Source: Dehalococcoidia bacterium (lineage in GTDB: Bacteria; Chloroflexota; Dehalococcoidia; Dehalococcoidales; CSSed11-197). Taken from it: a DNA stretch of 35,711 nucleotides. The first letter of the stretch is position 1; the number at the start of each line of letters is the position of its first letter. The notes under the pieces are model-generated. The model did not search any database, had not been told where the DNA came from, and worked only from the letters and a program-made list of their open reading frames with translations. Of the stretch, positions 35,408 through 35,711 are shown piece by piece. The stretch spans positions 1 through 35,711 of the forward strand of contig PUOQ01000035.1 in assembly GCA_003552785.1 (NCBI GenBank). The letters run 5' to 3'. The translations under genes were made by a program, and so were the position numbers.

Positions 35408-35711
35408 AGCAGTTGCGGCTCCATTACCCCATAGCAATCCTTAGCCGGGTTCTTAAGGTTTCAACAAGCGGCTTCTATGCCTGGCTGAACCGGCCACCAT
35501 CAACACAGTCAAAGGAGGAAATGCGGCTGGAGGTGGCTATTAAGGCTGCCCACAGACGGGCCCGGCAGACCTATGGGGCAGAGAGGCTGCAGCCAGAACT
35601 GGCTGAGGATGGAATAAGAGTGGGCATCTGCCGCATCAAGCGTATCAAGAAAAAGCTGGGTCTAGGCTGCAAGCAGAAACGGAAGTTCAAGGTAACCACC
35701 GACTCCAGTCA
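35404..35711 (+). CDS. IS3-family transposase OrfB (N-terminal part; made as OrfAB fusion), 3'-partial
   Basis: The -1 frame relative to orfA reads MKQLRLHYPIAILSRVLKVSTSGFYAWLNRPPS...TYGAERLQPEL...KFKVTTDSS, typical of the region preceding the DDE domain. There is no stop before the window end. Confidence 0.85.
   Translation, partial: MKQLRLHYPIAILSRVLKVSTSGFYAWLNRPPSTQSKEEMRLEVAIKAAHRRARQTYGAERLQPELAEDGIRVGICRIKRIKKKLGLGCKQKRKFKVTTDSS

Larger units (their letters stand above)
35038..35711 (+). mobile_element. IS3-family insertion sequence, left part (continues beyond the window end)
   Basis: orfA and orfB are arranged with a -1 frameshift. The candidate left terminal repeat starts TGGATTTAACGGACACC, 52 nt before orfA (IS3-family ends begin with TG). 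The left boundary is inferred, since the right end is not available. Confidence 0.8.

Noticed and set aside
35692-35711. The window ends in ACTCCAGTCA, which matches the end of the Illumina adapter ...GAACTCCAGTCA
   Set aside because: The match is only 10 nt. The bases encode TTDSS(H), the conserved IS3-family OrfB motif, in frame with the preceding transposase sequence. A coincidence is more likely than adapter contamination, unlike the exact 17-mer at the 5' end.
1-35711. Looked for CRISPR arrays, tandem repeats, rRNA genes, restriction-modification, toxin-antitoxin or other defence-island hallmarks
   Set aside because: No regularly spaced direct repeats and no signature defence domains were seen by eye. 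Apart from the IS3 element, the window looks like core chromosome.

Overview
The window is mostly chromosomal housekeeping and stress genes on what looks like a short-read or metagenome contig. It opens with 17 nt of Illumina adapter and ends inside an IS3-family element. No rRNA genes or CRISPR arrays were seen.

Gene content, in order:
- priA (5'-partial), cca, secD and secF
- a LysE-type exporter
- tRNA-Met(CAU) and tRNA-Gly(UCC) behind a consensus promoter
- a small conserved hypothetical
- a peroxiredoxin whose peroxidatic Cys codon is an in-frame TGA, i.e. a selenoprotein that the ORF track splits in two
- a Fur/PerR-family regulator
- a divergent six-gene cluster of unknown function: DUF5320, NifX-like, two MinD-like ATPases with ferredoxin inserts, NifX-like, and an Mrp/NBP35 that lacks its CxxC motif. 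A TTGACA-17-TAAAAT promoter with a 22-bp Fur-box-like palindrome precedes it.
- class II photolyase, a cupin and a DUF3267 membrane protein
- ectABC (ectoine synthesis)
- addB-addA helicase-nuclease
- a rhomboid protease
- an ATP-grasp enzyme whose N-terminal domain is only reachable from a non-canonical ATT start, followed by a CocE/NonD hydrolase
- PolX and a class I/II aminotransferase
- a short degraded zone with a frameshifted ABC-2-type permease
- a fluoride riboswitch upstream of crcB and a DUF190 gene
- two small-protein genes, one of them truncated by the IS3 insertion.

The best candidate for an uncharacterised system is the Fur-operator-controlled NifX/MinD-ferredoxin/Mrp cluster at 9114-13069. 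The selenoperoxiredoxin, the atypical fluoride riboswitch and the ATT-initiated ATP-grasp/hydrolase pair are the other notable items.
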